The notes beneath the pieces were generated by a model, which searched no databases, was not told the origin of the DNA, and saw only the letters and a program-made list of their open reading frames with translations. The position numbers and the translations under genes are program-made. A stretch of DNA of 63,539 nucleotides, the filler included, from Folioceros fuciformis (Eukaryota): the NCBI GenBank assembly GCA_049999805.1. It is 13 parts of 13 records of this genome, joined end to end, with 100 filler letters (N's around TTAATTAATTAA, not from the genome) between each part and the next. Parts side by side here need not be neighbours in the genome. Positions count along the whole stretch, not along the records: positions 1 to 25,898 come from JBNGIO010004480.1; positions 25,999 to 29,050 come from JBNGIO010004488.1; positions 29,151 to 35,418 come from JBNGIO010004489.1; 10 more parts are not named here. One strand, given 5' to 3'. This document shows, in pieces, positions 21,840 to 34,759 of the stretch. Each line of letters starts with the position of its first letter. The stretch's first letter is position 1.

Positions 21840-23783
21840 ATGGAAGCAACCTCCCTTGTCCGTTTCTCGAGGTTATTGTTGTTTGCAAAATCCCACCCAG
21901 GCTTGAGATGGCACAGTCGATATGGCTGCAGGGGTTGGTCAAGGTCTACTCCAGGCGTTGCCTCGCCGGTGCTAGCTCCACACACACGTCAGCGGGTGCT
22001 TCCCTTCTGCACAAGCTCATCCGCCTGGCCTTGTCCTCCCGCGCAAGGAGTGGTATACACCGAACAGGGTCAGCCTGATCATGTGCTCAAGTAAGTGAAG
22101 ACAGGTTGCGGGAAGACGGTTCTCTCAAGCGGTAGATATAACTGACGACAGGTGGGTCGTGAGCAGGGTGGAGGATCTCCCAGCCGGCGAGCTGCATGAG
22201 CAGCAAGTGTGTGTTAAGATGCTGGCTGCCCCTATTAACCCTTCAGACATCAATAGAGTGGAAGGTATGGTTGTTGAGTGTTTGACAACCATGATGGATG
22301 GGGATTGCTGCTCCTCCTTCTAAAAACGTGATGCAGGTGTGTACCCCGTGAGGCCCCCTGTTCCAGCTGTGGGTGGAAACGAGGGGGTGGGAGTCATCAC
22401 GGCTGTGGGCAGTGGTGTGAAGTCCCTTGCTGTGGGTGACTGGGTTATTCCGTTCGGTTATACTCAAGGTAGCTGTCCTACATTGGTGGGTGGCACAGTT
22501 GCATGTTTGTGGATTTCGCAGCTCGTCCCTTTTGAACTCGATGCTTAACGATGGCAGGCACTTGGCGAACACATGTGGTAGCAGACGAGAGTTCATGGTC
22601 CAAAGTCCGGAATGATGTGCCTGTGGAATACGCTGCCACCGTCTCTGTCAATCCGTGTACTGCCCTAAGGATGCTTCACGATTTTGTCTCACCTGTGGCA
22701 GGTTTGTACAAACCTGCCCCTGGCTGGCAGCACCCCTCTCATGTCGTTCTTACGGTGTGCAGCTTGCTCATTTGTGTTCAGTCTGCTGGTTTAGGAGACG
22801 TGGTCATCCAGAATGGAGCAACCAGTATGGTGGGTCAATGTGTGATCCAATTGGCCCCTCTTTTCAATCTTCAGACCATAAACATAGTGCGGGACAGGTA
22901 CGTTTCCAAGATTTGACTGTTCGTGGAGACGCATGCCAAAAGTGCCAGTCATCAACCAAGCAAGTTTCTGACAGGCCGGACCTGGAAGAGGTGAAGTCTC
23001 ACCTTAAAGCAATGGGGGCAACGGATGTCTTTTCGGAAGGCGAGCTCAAGGACCAGGACATGTCTACCACTCTGGTAAGCAGCTCTTGTTGCTATTAAAA
23101 GGCGGATCTTTCTGCAAACGTGTAGCAATTGGGTCCTAAGGGCCGACAATTTTCAGGCTGGCCGAACCGCTCGCTTGGGTCTAAACTGCGTGGGCGGAAC
23201 TGCTGCAACAGCGGTCTTAAAATTACTGGGGTACGTCGTTGCCTTTTAGAGCAAGTACCAATGGGTTGCACACCCGCCGTGTCTGTTACTCTCAGAGGAA
23301 CCCTGATTCTGGTTGACTAACAGGGAGGGTGGCACAATGGTGACATATGGAGGGATGTCGAAGAAACCTGTAACGGTTTCCACGTCATCCTTGATCTTCA
23401 AGGTCTCCTCTTTCCCAATGCCAGCAAGTCGGCACTTCAAAGCTTTCCATTAGCTCTCGTCAAACACCTTGCTCATTTGGCAGGACGTGAAAGTTCAAGG
23501 GTTCTGGTTAAGCAGATGGGCAACAGCGCATTCCAAGGAAGATTTTTTAGAGATGGTGAACTTTCTTCTTGCACTTGTCAAGGAGGGGAAGCTGCACTAC
23601 CAGTAAGTAACTGGAACATGTGCCACATCCTGAAGTCAGTCGAGGGTTGGGATCTTCACCCTATCGTTTGTGGTCTGTGTGATCAGAATGGAGAAAATCC
23701 CTTTCTCAGACTTCAACATCGCCCTTGAGAAGGCCATGGGTAAACAGGGCAGAGCCACAAAACAGCTGCTAGTCTTCGACTGA
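21840..23783 (+). CDS. MECR: Mitochondrial trans-2-enoyl-ACP/CoA reductase, multi-exon
   Basis: Arg-rich presequence, then [102 protein letters not shown] and ending KQLLVFD*. Confidence 0.93.
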
Positions 23784-25897
23784 TCTCTGTCACCCAGCTT
23801 CCTTCGACTAGTACAGCCTGGAATTCGGAAGGAAGAATCTGGACACTCCGTCGAAATATTTGAGAGCTCTGAGTATGACTTCAGATGAGACTTCTGGAGA
23901 AGATCATGCTTGCACTGCCTGCTGCATCCTAGAGTTTCAGATGCATAACCGCGTCTTTCGTCTTGGAGGGCAGAAACGCTTGGTCTGTGGTCTCCAGGGT
24001 AAAACAGGTGTACTGTGGGCCGAGAACGATTCCAGGCAGGCTGGGGGATATCGATGGGCAGTGCTGCGTTTTTCTTTTTTTTGTGGGTCTCCACTTCTGT
24101 GTTGGAGGCCAGATGTATATCCCATTGACAACGCTGAACAGTACTCACATCGTGGATCATGGATCGTTGGCCCATCCCAAAGTGGCGTATGTACAAAAAA
24201 CAAAGCCAAACTAAGAGAAATAGCACTGGAAATCTGTCGCGAGAATCACTGAGGTGGCACCACACGAAATGTGACATTTGCATCATGTGAAGAGAGACAT
24301 CTGACATCACCTGCACCGTGTGTCAGTTGGTACAAATGCCTGACTCAACGGTGAGAATACGGGGTGTTCATGGGAGGAGGAAAGAGTAGCAACAGAAACG
24401 CAATTGACTCTACCGAGAGCCCAATGGAAGCTGTGAGGATGTTTGCCTCTTTTTCCAGGCTTTCATATTAAGTAGACTTTACTATCTAGTAGAGTTCATT
24501 AGAAGAAGAAATGGACCCTCTCGTCTCTCCTTTTTTTTAGTCTGAGCTTGGTCTAGTGCTGCCATAGGTATGTTTGAACTATGCACACTTTAGTATTGTT
24601 GGGAACCCAATGCTAATCACATAATTTGGAGGCTATGAAGGTTATAGGTTGGAACATGTTTGAGCTTAGAACAAACCAGCTAGGATGGAATGGGTAAAGA
24701 AAGGTGACCTCACTTCCAAGTTCTTCTTTTCCAACTCGGTGATCACGATCTAGAGAACTGGAACTTGCATTCTAGTGTGGTTCCATGATGAAGTCGAGGC
24801 ACTGCAAAATTTGAGAAACCAAAAGCTCTTCAAAATCTTAGATGGGTCTTCTACATAATATGAGGATAACATGAGCTTATTATCTCAATAGGTGCCCATC
24901 ACAAAGCATAGCACAACATAAACAATTGAGTTTGTCTTCCTTTGTCCCACATTGCGGCCTTCTTTTGACAATAGGTTTTCATTACATGTCATACCACAAT
25001 GGAAGAATGGTGTTGTGACCTTTTGACAACAAGTGTCCATCATGAAGACAAACTATAGCAAGAAAACTAGAATTTATTTGAGTTGGTTTTTCTTTGTCTT
25101 ATATTGTTGCTTTCATTTGGCATTAGTTGTTCTTCACAAAGGCATATCACAATAGAAAGATGGAAGTTGGTCATTCTTTATTTCACAATGTAGCCTCCTT
25201 TTGATAATTTTTTCTTATTATTTTCTATTATTGGAAAAGAGATAGAAAGTCTCATACGCTCCGAAGATTGGAGGAAGAACCTGAGTAGGCCAAAGGCTAA
25301 AAGGGGTACAGGCCCCTTCGAACATCATTATCAAAAACTACCCACTGCTCCCAAAATGTCATGATGTGGAATAAGAAAAAGCCTACCTACCACTAGTGCC
25401 TAAGAAGCTGCTTGACCTGTGCTTATTGATGTTCTAAAAACCGGTTTGGCCAATGCTCTTGCAAATCAATGGATATGCGTTGTCGAACAAAGGCCACCAT
25501 AGAGGAAAGAGGGAGAACACCATTCCTATTATTCTCATAAACCTTTGCACAATCCTTGATGAACCTTGAAAAGTCCTTGCTCATGGCCGCATGAGTCTCA
25601 AGAGCAAGGGTGATGAAAATATGCTTGAATTGTAGAGGAAAATATTATGGACTTTGGCGCTTGCACAATGTGGAGTGAAATCTTGTATCCGGAGACACCG
25701 CGAGGTCCACATTCACCTTCTATGTCATTGTAGTCGTATGATTCACTCCCAAGGGAATGATTTGTGCCAAGAAACGCTAACTTCTACCCCTACTGACCCT
25801 TACCTAAGTCAAGACTCACTTACTACCTTCCCTAATACCTACAAGCTCAACTACTAGTACCCCTAATTAGCTCAACTACCACGGTCCCTACCCTACA

Positions 25898-25998
25898 ANN
25901 NNNNNNNNNNNNNNNNNNNNNNNNNNNNNNNNNNNNNNNNNNTTAATTAATTAANNNNNNNNNNNNNNNNNNNNNNNNNNNNNNNNNNNNNNNNNNNN
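25898..25998. other. Artificial scaffold linker (N-TTAATTAATTAA-N), first of 12
   Basis: The same six-frame-stop spacer occurs at ~25943, 29095, 35463, 43063, 45322, 50396, 54883, 56381, 57761, 59160, 60471 and 62223. Confidence 0.97.
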
Positions 25999-27985
25999 CC
26001 CCGTCCCATCCCTGCCGCCGCGCAACAGAAGTTCGTTTTTATCATGGAGCAGCCTATCTTCAACAAAAGTAGACCAAGGATTTGAGCGTCCTTGAACAAA
26101 AGTAGACCAAGGGTTTCAGCATCTTTTGACGCAGCGATAACTGAAATCCGGACCTGACTGCTCACATGTCAAATTTGCCCGTGGTAGAGCAACAAGCTCA
26201 CATGTCAAATTTGCCCGCGATAGAGCAACAAGCTCACATGTCAAATTTGCCCGCGGTAGAGCAACAAGCTCACATGGCAAATTTGCCCGTGGTAAAGCAA
26301 CAAGCTCACATGGCCGCTATGCAGGCTTCTATATAGGTTATGCACCTTCTACATAGGCTATGCAGGCTTCCATCTAGGATATACAGGCTTCCATACAACA
26401 TTTTCAGCAAGACATGCAAGGCGTGCCAAATACCTTGGCCAATATTAAAGAGGAATTACGAAGGATTAAGACGAACTCGAATTAATAGCTTTAAATGCTC
26501 AACTTCAGAGCCCTTCACCAATTGAGTGGCTGCTACCTATCCGGCTAGCACATCCTTCCAAAACTCTTACCTATCTGGCTGGCACATCCTTCCAAAACTC
26601 TTACAATCCTGGCACATGCTTCGAAAGGTCTTACCGTGCTCCCAAGAGGTAGCCTTCACCAAGAGGTAGTCTTCACTACATCAAGAGCTTTAAATGCTCA
26701 ACTTAGGAGTCTTTCCATTGAGTCGCTCCTACGTATTCGGTTGGCATACCCTTCGAAAACTCTTACAGTGCTGGCACATGCTTCGAAAACTCTTACAGTG
26801 CTGGCACATGCTTCGAAAACTCTTACAATGCTAGCACATGCTTCGAAAACACTTACAGTGCCACTATAATTCACCACAACCACACGTTACCATATCTAGG
26901 CAGCTACCAGATGTGGCAGAGCTTAGCAAGCACTTGCATTCTAACTTGGCCTAAGCAAGCTGTTTGTCACTAACTCAGTTTTTCCTCATCAGGCGCACAC
27001 CCTGTTCTCCTTCTCTATCTGCCACCCCGGCTATTAACAATGACACCTGGCATCAACACTACCACCTGTGGCAAGACCATAAGCGATGAGCAACGCATTC
27101 AAGGTATGTCCTGTACACCATGGAAAAACTCGAAGATTCATCAGAGGATCTGGTGGCATCACCTGACCTTGGATAGTTAGTAGCCACTCAATTGGTAAAA
27201 GGCTCAACTATCACCTGACCCTGGATAGTTAGTAGCCACTCAATTGGTAAAAGGCTCTTAAGTTGAGCATTTAAAGCTCTTGATGTCGAGTTCGTCGGAA
27301 TCCTTCGGAATTCCTCTTCAATATTGCGACGAATCCTTCGGAATNNNNNNNNNNTTGCGACGAATCCTTCGGAATTCCTCTTCAATATTGCGACGAATCC
27401 TCCGTAATTCCTCGAATCCTCCGTAATTCCTCTTCAATATTGGCCAAGGTATTTGGCACGCCTTGCATGTCTTGCTAAAGATGCCATATGGAAGCCTGTA
27501 TATCCTGGATGGAAGCCTGCATAGCCTGTGTAAACGCTGCATAGCCTGTACAGAAGCTGCACAGCCTGTACAGAAGCTGCACAGCCTGTACAGAAGCTGC
27601 ACAGCCTGTATAGAAGCCTGCATAGCCTGTGTAAAAGCTCCACAGCCTGTATAGAAGCCTGCATAGCCTGTGTAGAAGCTCCACAGCCTGTATAGAAGCC
27701 TGCATAGCCTGTATAGAAGCCTGCATAGCCTGTGTAGAAGCTCCACAGCCTGTATAGAAGCTGAGCTTGTTGCTCTACGGCGGGCAAATTTGACATATGT
27801 GAACATTCTAGTCCGGATTTCAGTTATCGCTGTCAAAACATGCTGAAACCCTTGGTCTACTTTGTTGAAGTTAGGCTTGCTCCATGATAAAAAGAACTTC
27901 TGCAGACCCTTGGTCTACATTGTTGAAGTTAGGCTTGCTCCATGATAAAAAGAATTTCTGCTGCGAGGCAAGGATGGGACGAGGT
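25999..27985. mobile_element. Foldback-type element: long inverted arms built of tandem modules
   Basis: 25999-~26545 is the inverted homolog of ~27165-27985 (CGTCCCATCC..TTTTTATCATGGAGC..GTAGACCAAGG..GCGATAACTGAAATCCGGAC). ORFs 26340+ and 27318- share RLCRLPSRIYRLPY.IFSKTCKACQIPWPILKRNY. Internal tandems: 36-bp (26161-26312), 30-bp (26755-26860) and 20/21-bp (27520-27762). Confidence 0.75.
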
Positions 27986-28134
27986 AGGAAGGAGGGGGCT
28001 TGGCAAGTCGTTCCCTGGAAATGCAGTTCAACAGCTGGAGGGAGGGGCTGGAGGGAGGGGCCTTGGCACGTTGTTCCCTAGAAATGCAACTGACCAGCTT
28101 GAGGGAGGTAGAAATGCAAATGAGCGGCTCGAGG

Positions 28135-28667
28135 GAGGAGCGCGGCCAGTGGATATGCAGAATGGGTCACGAGAGCAGCGCGGCCAGTGGATATGCAGAA
28201 TGGGTCACGAGAGCAGCGCGGCCAGTGGATATGCAGAATGGGTCACGATAGCAGCGCGGCCAGCGGATATGCAGAATGGGTCACAAGAGCAGCGCGGCCA
28301 GCGGATATGCAGAATGGGTCACGGGAGCAGTGCGCCAGCGGATATGCAGAATGGGTCGGGAGAGCAGCGTGGCCAGCGGATATGCAGAATGGGTCACGGG
28401 AGCAGCGCGGCCAACGCCNNNNNNNNNNGCGGCCAACGCCAGCGGATATGCAGAATGGGTCACGGGAGCAGCGCGGCCAACGCTATGCAGAATGGGTCAC
28501 GGGAGCAGCGCGGCCAACGCCAACGGATATGCAGAATGGGTCACGGGAGCAGCGCGGCCAACGCCAACGGATATGCAGAATGGGTCACGGTAGCAGCGCG
28601 GCCAGCGGATGTGCAGAAGGGGTCACGGGAGCAGCACGGCCGGCGTGACCCATTCTGCATATCCGCT
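28135..28667. repeat. 38-bp GC-rich minisatellite (~13 copies) ending in an inverted partial unit
   Basis: Unit GAGCAGCGCGGCCAGCGGATATGCAGAATGGGTCACGG. The final CGTGACCCATTCTGCATATCCGCT (28644-28667) is the reverse complement of part of the unit. Confidence 0.92.
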
Positions 28668-28674
28668 AATCTAG

Positions 28675-29050
28675 GTGATCTCTGACTTCGGGATCGGTGC
28701 TCGTCGGAAAGAGAGGGAGCGCTTTGTTGCGAGCTTCGTTCCAGTGTACTTCGCGAAACAACTGAGAATCCTTGGGGAGGATGTGCGCCTGTTGAGACAG
28801 TACCCCGGGGTCTGGCAGGTTCGGTGACTTCGACCTCTCGAGCCAGTACAATTCAAGCATGCTGCGTGTCTGTGTGTGCGTGGGGGAGGAATCCTGACTG
28901 ATGCCTCGTCTCCTGGACCTGCAGGTGTTTGTGGTGGATGCAGCAGGAGGCAACGAATGCGTCGCGACCGAGCCTGAGAAACCTTCCAACACCAGACTGC
29001 AGAAGATCTTGAAGGGCAGAAAAGGATCCAACGCACAGAAAGGCTGGCTG
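28675..29050 (+). CDS. Two internal exons (28675-28818 and 28925-29050) of a DUF1995-like protein, partial
   Basis: A 144-bp AG/GT-bounded phase-0 exon encodes VISDFGIGARRKERERFVASFVPVYFAKQLRILGEDVRLLRQYPGVWQ, then VFVVDAAGGNECVATEPEKPS. The pattern LLRxYPGxWQV...xKP resembles the C-terminus of DUF1995. Confidence 0.6.
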
Positions 29051-29290
29051 NNNNNNNNNNNNNNNNNNNNNNNNNNNNNNNNNNNNNNNNNNNNTTAATT
29101 AATTAANNNNNNNNNNNNNNNNNNNNNNNNNNNNNNNNNNNNNNNNNNNNCCCCTCCTACCTCCCCACGCTACTACTTAAAGAAGATTATAAGAACTAAA
29201 TTGAAAAACTCTTTATTCTAAGAATTTTCATAGATTACTCCACCAATGAACTCTTTACACAAAGACTTCGATTAGATTGCTCCAATGGTT

Positions 29291-30557
29291 TTAGATCTTG
29301 TCTTCCATTTTTTCAGCCTGGATAAGGGGATTGGCCTTAATAATCTCAAGTTTGCCTACTTCCTTGAAATCAAAGGAACAATTGTGGTCTTCGGGCAAGC
29401 GATGAGTGGGGCAAAACAACTTTTTGCATCGACATTTCATGGTGGTGAGGCTTAAACGTTTCTTGCACACAAAGCAAAGGCTTCGTTTATGAAGTGGAGC
29501 TAAAATGGCAATGGACTCTTGGGCCACACTAACCTCTTCGCTTATTGGAACCTCCTTTGTGTTTGGAAGCTGTGTGAGGAAGCAACGAGAGCACATACCG
29601 TTTGTACTTTGATCCCCAAAGAAGCCACATTGCTTGATGCAAAGTATGCTCACAAAGAGATTAGGGGTAGTGATTATTTTTTCATACTCTGAAGCCTTAG
29701 ACTAAATCATAAGTTCATCTTTGCTTGGAACCGTTGCACTATTCTTGGCTTCTTGTTTGGAGGTGGTGCTAAATGATGTGGATTTTAAAGTCATTGGCTC
29801 AACAATATCTTCAACGCCAAGCGCAATATACTTCTCCACTTCTTGCTTGAAGGTGTCCACTGCAATATACTTCTCCACTTCTTGCTTGAAGGTGTCCACT
29901 GCAATATACTTCTCCACTTCTTGCTTAGAGGTGTCCACTACAATATACTTCTCCACTTCTTGCTTGGAGGTGTGGACTACAATATACTTTTCCACTTCTT
30001 GCTTGAAGGTGTCCCCTACAATATCCTTCTCCACTTCTTTCTTTGAGGTGTCCACTACAATATCNNNNNNNNNNNNNNNNNNNNNNNNNNNNNNNNNNNN
30101 NNNNNNNNNNNNNNNNNNNNNNNNNNNNNNNNNNNNNNNNNNNNNNNNNNNNNNNNNNNNNNNNATCCTTCTCCACTTCTTTCTTTGAGGTGTCCACTAC
30201 AATATCCTTCTCCACTTCTTGCTTGGAGGTATCCACTGCAATTGTTGGTTGTGAAGCCTCTAGCCGGGTAGTGGCTTCAAGAATAAGTGCCATCGTTTGC
30301 TTTACTTCGTGCTTAGAGGTGGTTGTTACCATAGAATCTACAAGCTTGGGGCCCACTTCTTGCTTGTAGTTGGCATTCGCATTTGTTGAATCTTCGTTGG
30401 AGATCACGGATTTTGTTGTCGATTTTAAATCTTGAGACTCGGCTAAAGCTTTGATTTCTTGCTTATAGCAAACTGAGCACATGTTACTAGTCTGAACCCA
30501 TCCAAAGAATTCACATCCCTTCACACAAAGTCTCTGCTCTTCTGCCCTCCTATCCAT
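29291..30557 (-). pseudogene. A20 / 14-aa repeats / A20 / AN1 zinc-finger (SAP-like) ORF with one in-frame TAG at 29702-29704
   Basis: First A20 is LCVKGCEFFG...NMCSVCYK. It is followed by 42-bp repeats (VDTSKQEVEKYIxV), a TAG, then in the same frame a second A20 LCIKQCGFFG...GMCSRCF and AN1 CFVCKKRL...KCRCKKLFCPTHRLPEDHNCSFDFK...IIKANP. Confidence 0.75.
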
Positions 30558-33114
30558 AGTAAAAGAAGAGATACTCACAAGTAAAAGGTGATTATGGCTA
30601 TTTTTCAAATAAGTGCTAAGTAGATATAGATGAGTGTACATAAAACCTCTGTACACACTTATAGCGTTGAAATGCTATGTTATTTTTTTTAATCTCGGAG
30701 CTTATTAAATTTACTAAGAAATATGTTACATCGTTAACAATATTTTCTTGAATCTATGGTACATTCATGTCATCAAATCTAAACACCAAGTTACCTGGGT
30801 AATGTTATTTATTCTAAATCACATTACTAATTTAGGTACTTCACTATTAATTTAAATTAGATTTTAAGCATCATAGCAATAGATACTTCACTATTATTTT
30901 AAAATATATTTTAAGCACCATATGAAGTGGGCTGACTCAACAAAGTTATACTGAAACCTTTTTTTCCCTCCCTTAGAGCAAGGTTTTTAATCTCTTTGTC
31001 TTTAAATTAAGTCTTTGCAAGTTATCCATTAATCTCTAGGTCTCATAATTAATGCCGTCTGAAATATATTGGCTTTTATCATAAATCCAAATGTATTTGC
31101 GAGTTTCTCCCCATTGGACCAGTTTTTCCAAGTTTTTGTAGGTGCGTGTATGGAAAAAACATACACTTATGCTATGACTGTCCCTCCTGTTGTGAACCTC
31201 GAGCTTTTCGGCCTAGTAAATTTGCTGAATCATAGCGTTTTGTAGGTCTCTTCATCTGAGGAACTTGTCCGCATACACACATTTCATCATGTTACATTTC
31301 TTTGGATTTGGTTTACCCATGGTGCCTCCTAGCTAGACAAGCGGCAAGGGTGTGCACAAGTTTATAAATTGCCCAAATCACGCGCACACAAGTGCGCGCC
31401 ATTACATGATCAACACCCACTAACCTTACATATTCTTGTTCCATGCCATGATATACATCAAGATTGACGACGAAGGTGGGTGAAATTACTTTTGCTTAGG
31501 TTCACAGTTGAGGATTACTTGCATCTCAATCACAATAATACACAGAGTAGAGCACATACAGAAGCATAGACTCCTATGCGGGCCCCCTCCTCTTCTTTTT
31601 GTTCTTTAACATGCGGCTTGGGCTTTTGCCAAACATGCTAGTGTAAGCACCCTTAGGTTGCTCTTGTCTGGGTACCCTAGAACATGTTCGCTTTGCGATT
31701 GGATTAGAGATAGATCTTTGTGGGTTCCATTCTCCTCTTGTGTAGGTGCACCCGAAGTCGCCACCAATACATTGGTTTCCATCTGGATGATGCTAAGCAT
31801 AGAAGGGCATAATGCCCTATGTTAACCCCTCTTTTCCTCAAGGGCTTCCTCTTTGGTGATAATAGTTGGAGGAAGTTCTTGAAGCTCATACAATTTTGTT
31901 TAATTAGCTCTTGCATCCGTAATTGTAACGTGTTGTCACAAATCAAGGAGAATCCATATGCCAATATAAATATTTTCGAAACTATAAGGTGGTCTAGTTT
32001 TCTAGGTTGCCAGTTGCGTTGTCGTTTGCCGCAACTCCCTTGTTGTTTAAAAGGATATGTTTCCTTTGGTAGATACCTCCCCTCAAATGCATTAACATTT
32101 TCCATTCATGCATACAACCTTCAAAATGGAACCTAAGTTCTTGTTGACAAGGATCTCTCTATCCTACTCTTGTTGTCTTGGGAGACCTCCTTACAACTAA
32201 GTCTTCTACCATGAGAACCTAATTCTCCATCTGAATTTGCTCTCTCCTCATCCCATGTTCGAACATGAGTTTCTGCATCTCCAATTGATTGTTCCTTTCA
32301 TGTTCCGACAATAGCTTTTGCATTTGTCATTGATTTGATATTTTGGTAGACTCGATAGCAGCTAAACTGTGAGCAAAAGAAGTAAGCCCATTGATCAGTT
32401 AATTTCCAAGGCTTGTAGGCGACCATCTTGTCTTCAACCTTCTTCCTTGCATAGAGTTAGGTAACTTCTTGCTATCTCGACAAGTGGATTCCTCCATATC
32501 TTCTTCTTAAGATTCATTGCCAGAACAATTTTACATGAATCTAAGTCATATGCATGCAAAAAGGATCACACATAAAGGCTCCTAGAAAAAACACAAGATG
32601 TGTAGCTCATACATAGGAGGAGGGATTTATAGTAATAGCCTTGGTAAATTGAAAGTATTTGATATGGGAAACTAAGAGCTTGGACAAGCAGGTGGCATCT
32701 TAGGGTTTTCCTTAGTTGGTATCATGCAAGTCTAGTAGTGGAGTGCTGAAATTGTTGGAATTACGTTCTAGAATGTTGCCAACACCACCCCTTGGATCTT
32801 GAGCATTAGGAATACCTAAGTTAGTATCATGCAAGTCAAGTAGTGGAGTGCTGAAATTGCTGGAATTACGTTCTCGAATGATGCTAACACCACTCCTTAG
32901 ATCTTAAGCATTGGGAATACCTACAAACTTCCAATTGCCTTCACAAATAGAAGCCATAGCTTGAAAATAAGGCCAAAAAATTCACTTGACTTGTACTAGA
33001 CCTTATTTCCTTCTNNNNNNNNNNNNNNNNNNNNNNNNNNNNNNNNNNNNNNNNNNNNNNNNNNNNNNNNNNNNNNNNNNNNNNNNNNNNNNNNNNNNNN
33101 NNNNNNNNNNNNNN

Positions 33115-33281
33115 CAAATTTCAAGCTTTGAGATACAGCAATTTCAAACCATTGTTGATATCCCAAATTTCAAGCTTTGAGATACAGCAATTTCAAACCA
33201 TTGTTGATATCCCAAATTTCAAGCTTTGAGATACAGCAATTTCAAACCATTGTTGATATTCCAAATTTCAAGCTTTGAGAT
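33115..33281. repeat. 49-bp tandem repeat (at least 3.4 copies, beside a gap)
   Basis: CAAATTTCAAGCTTTGAGATACAGCAATTTCAAACCATTGTTGATATCC is repeated. Confidence 0.9.
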
Positions 33282-34759
33282 GCATCTCATGGTCTGCATC
33301 AATAAGTGTAAACATTGTCACTTTTGACTAGCCGAGAGACTTGAGAGAGTCTAACCTGTCTGTTGTATGTTGCCTCGTATTGACTTGTGGATCCTAAAAT
33401 CACATCCTCATCATCCTGATCTAGCAATTGAGAAAAAAGGGCCATCGCTTCATCCATTGACCACATACTACCAACACATTGCAAGCCATAATGCTAGACC
33501 ACATGCACACCTTGCAAGATGGTTTATAGCCGGAGAAACACAATCTCGAGGGATGGCCACAACAACTTGATCTTAGAGAACAGTTTAGTTTCAAGGCACA
33601 TTTCTATGGCTTAATGCATTTCATTATAGATTGCGGCCAACCCATGGAAGTAGAACATGGATAAATCTTGACATATATGAAAACACTGCGATGTAGACCT
33701 GACAAACCATAACACAAAAGATGGCAAAACGATGTTTAAAATAAGGTTCTCTTTTCTTTACGGTCGATAACTATTACTACGTGGTTCCTTTAGCCACCTT
33801 CGTTGTGAAAGGTGCTTGAAGTAAGTCCAATGTCTCTTTTGAGTAGATTAGGTACTCATAGGAATAGACTTTGGAGATGTTCCATTATAATGATAACGGA
33901 ATTCTGTGGCTGCGTGCTGTGAAGCTCAACGGCTCTACAGAGGAGTCCACATTTGTCTAGTTATTATACATCGTTGCTTGTAATGATAGTGTAAGCAAAG
34001 ATGCTATCCATTATATCAAATGAATAATTTTAGGAAGCAAAACTAGACTCAAATGAAACAAAAATGCGAAGATATGTTTTTTATTCTTTGTTTTCACAAA
34101 GAATTTAAGTTCTAGTTCCCTTATTTTGTTGAACTATGCTTGGTGCACCACATCATGCACAAACCTCTTCACATGTATAAGTGTGAAAAAATAGATAAGA
34201 TGTATCTTCTCTTCCAATCTTGTTATAACTTGAATAACTTTGTAGATTTGAGCTCGAAGGTAAGGAAATTAATGGGCATCTGTGAATCTAATGAGACAAA
34301 TGAATCCATAATTTTTTCCATAATATTCATTTGCTAATCCAAGTTTAAACGAAGCAAGCCCATATGTAATCCTTAATGTTCACAATGTGCTATTCTTCTA
34401 GAGTATTATTAGATCCATTTGTCAACATATTTAGAGCTCTTAGTGCAGCAACATAGATTGAGCTGGATATTAGCTTTAAGCATTTTGAAGGCATGGAGTC
34501 CTATTAGCCACATGTATGAGCATTATTATGTGGCTAAGGTACTACTTTGAAGATTTAAAACATGCTTTCTAATAAAGTGCACTACGGTGGAGCGATGCGG
34601 CCTAGGGCGGAATGGTGCACTACGGTGGAGTGATGTGGCCTAGGGCGGAATAGTGGACTAAGGTGGAGTGATGTGGCCTAGGGCAGAACGGTGCAGTAGT
34701 ATGGTGTGGTGCACTACGATGGAAGGGTGTGGCCGTATACGCAGGAGTGTTGTAGAGCA

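Noticed and set aside
7364-23783. Lipid gene cluster (GPAT9 and MECR)
   Set aside because: Different pathways and compartments, separated by unrelated genes; no evidence beyond proximity.
28135-28667. CRISPR-like array (also considered for 33115-33281 and 61362-61645)
   Set aside because: Units are contiguous with no unique spacers, there are no cas genes, and the context is eukaryotic.
28644-28676. Helitron 3' end (hairpin plus CTAG)
   Set aside because: CTAG is only 3 nt from the stem, is followed by G rather than T, and its AG fits as the acceptor of an in-frame exon.
27942-28685. Long ORFs such as 27942-28685, 27318-27836, 61222-61616 and 10534-11196
   Set aside because: They are translations of tandem repeats or antisense shadows of real genes.
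31000-33600. Possible gag-like retroelement remnant (similar doubt for 24400-25850 and 46200-48300)
   Set aside because: Looks like decayed coding or TE sequence, but I could not recognise a diagnostic motif; needs BLASTX or RepeatMasker.
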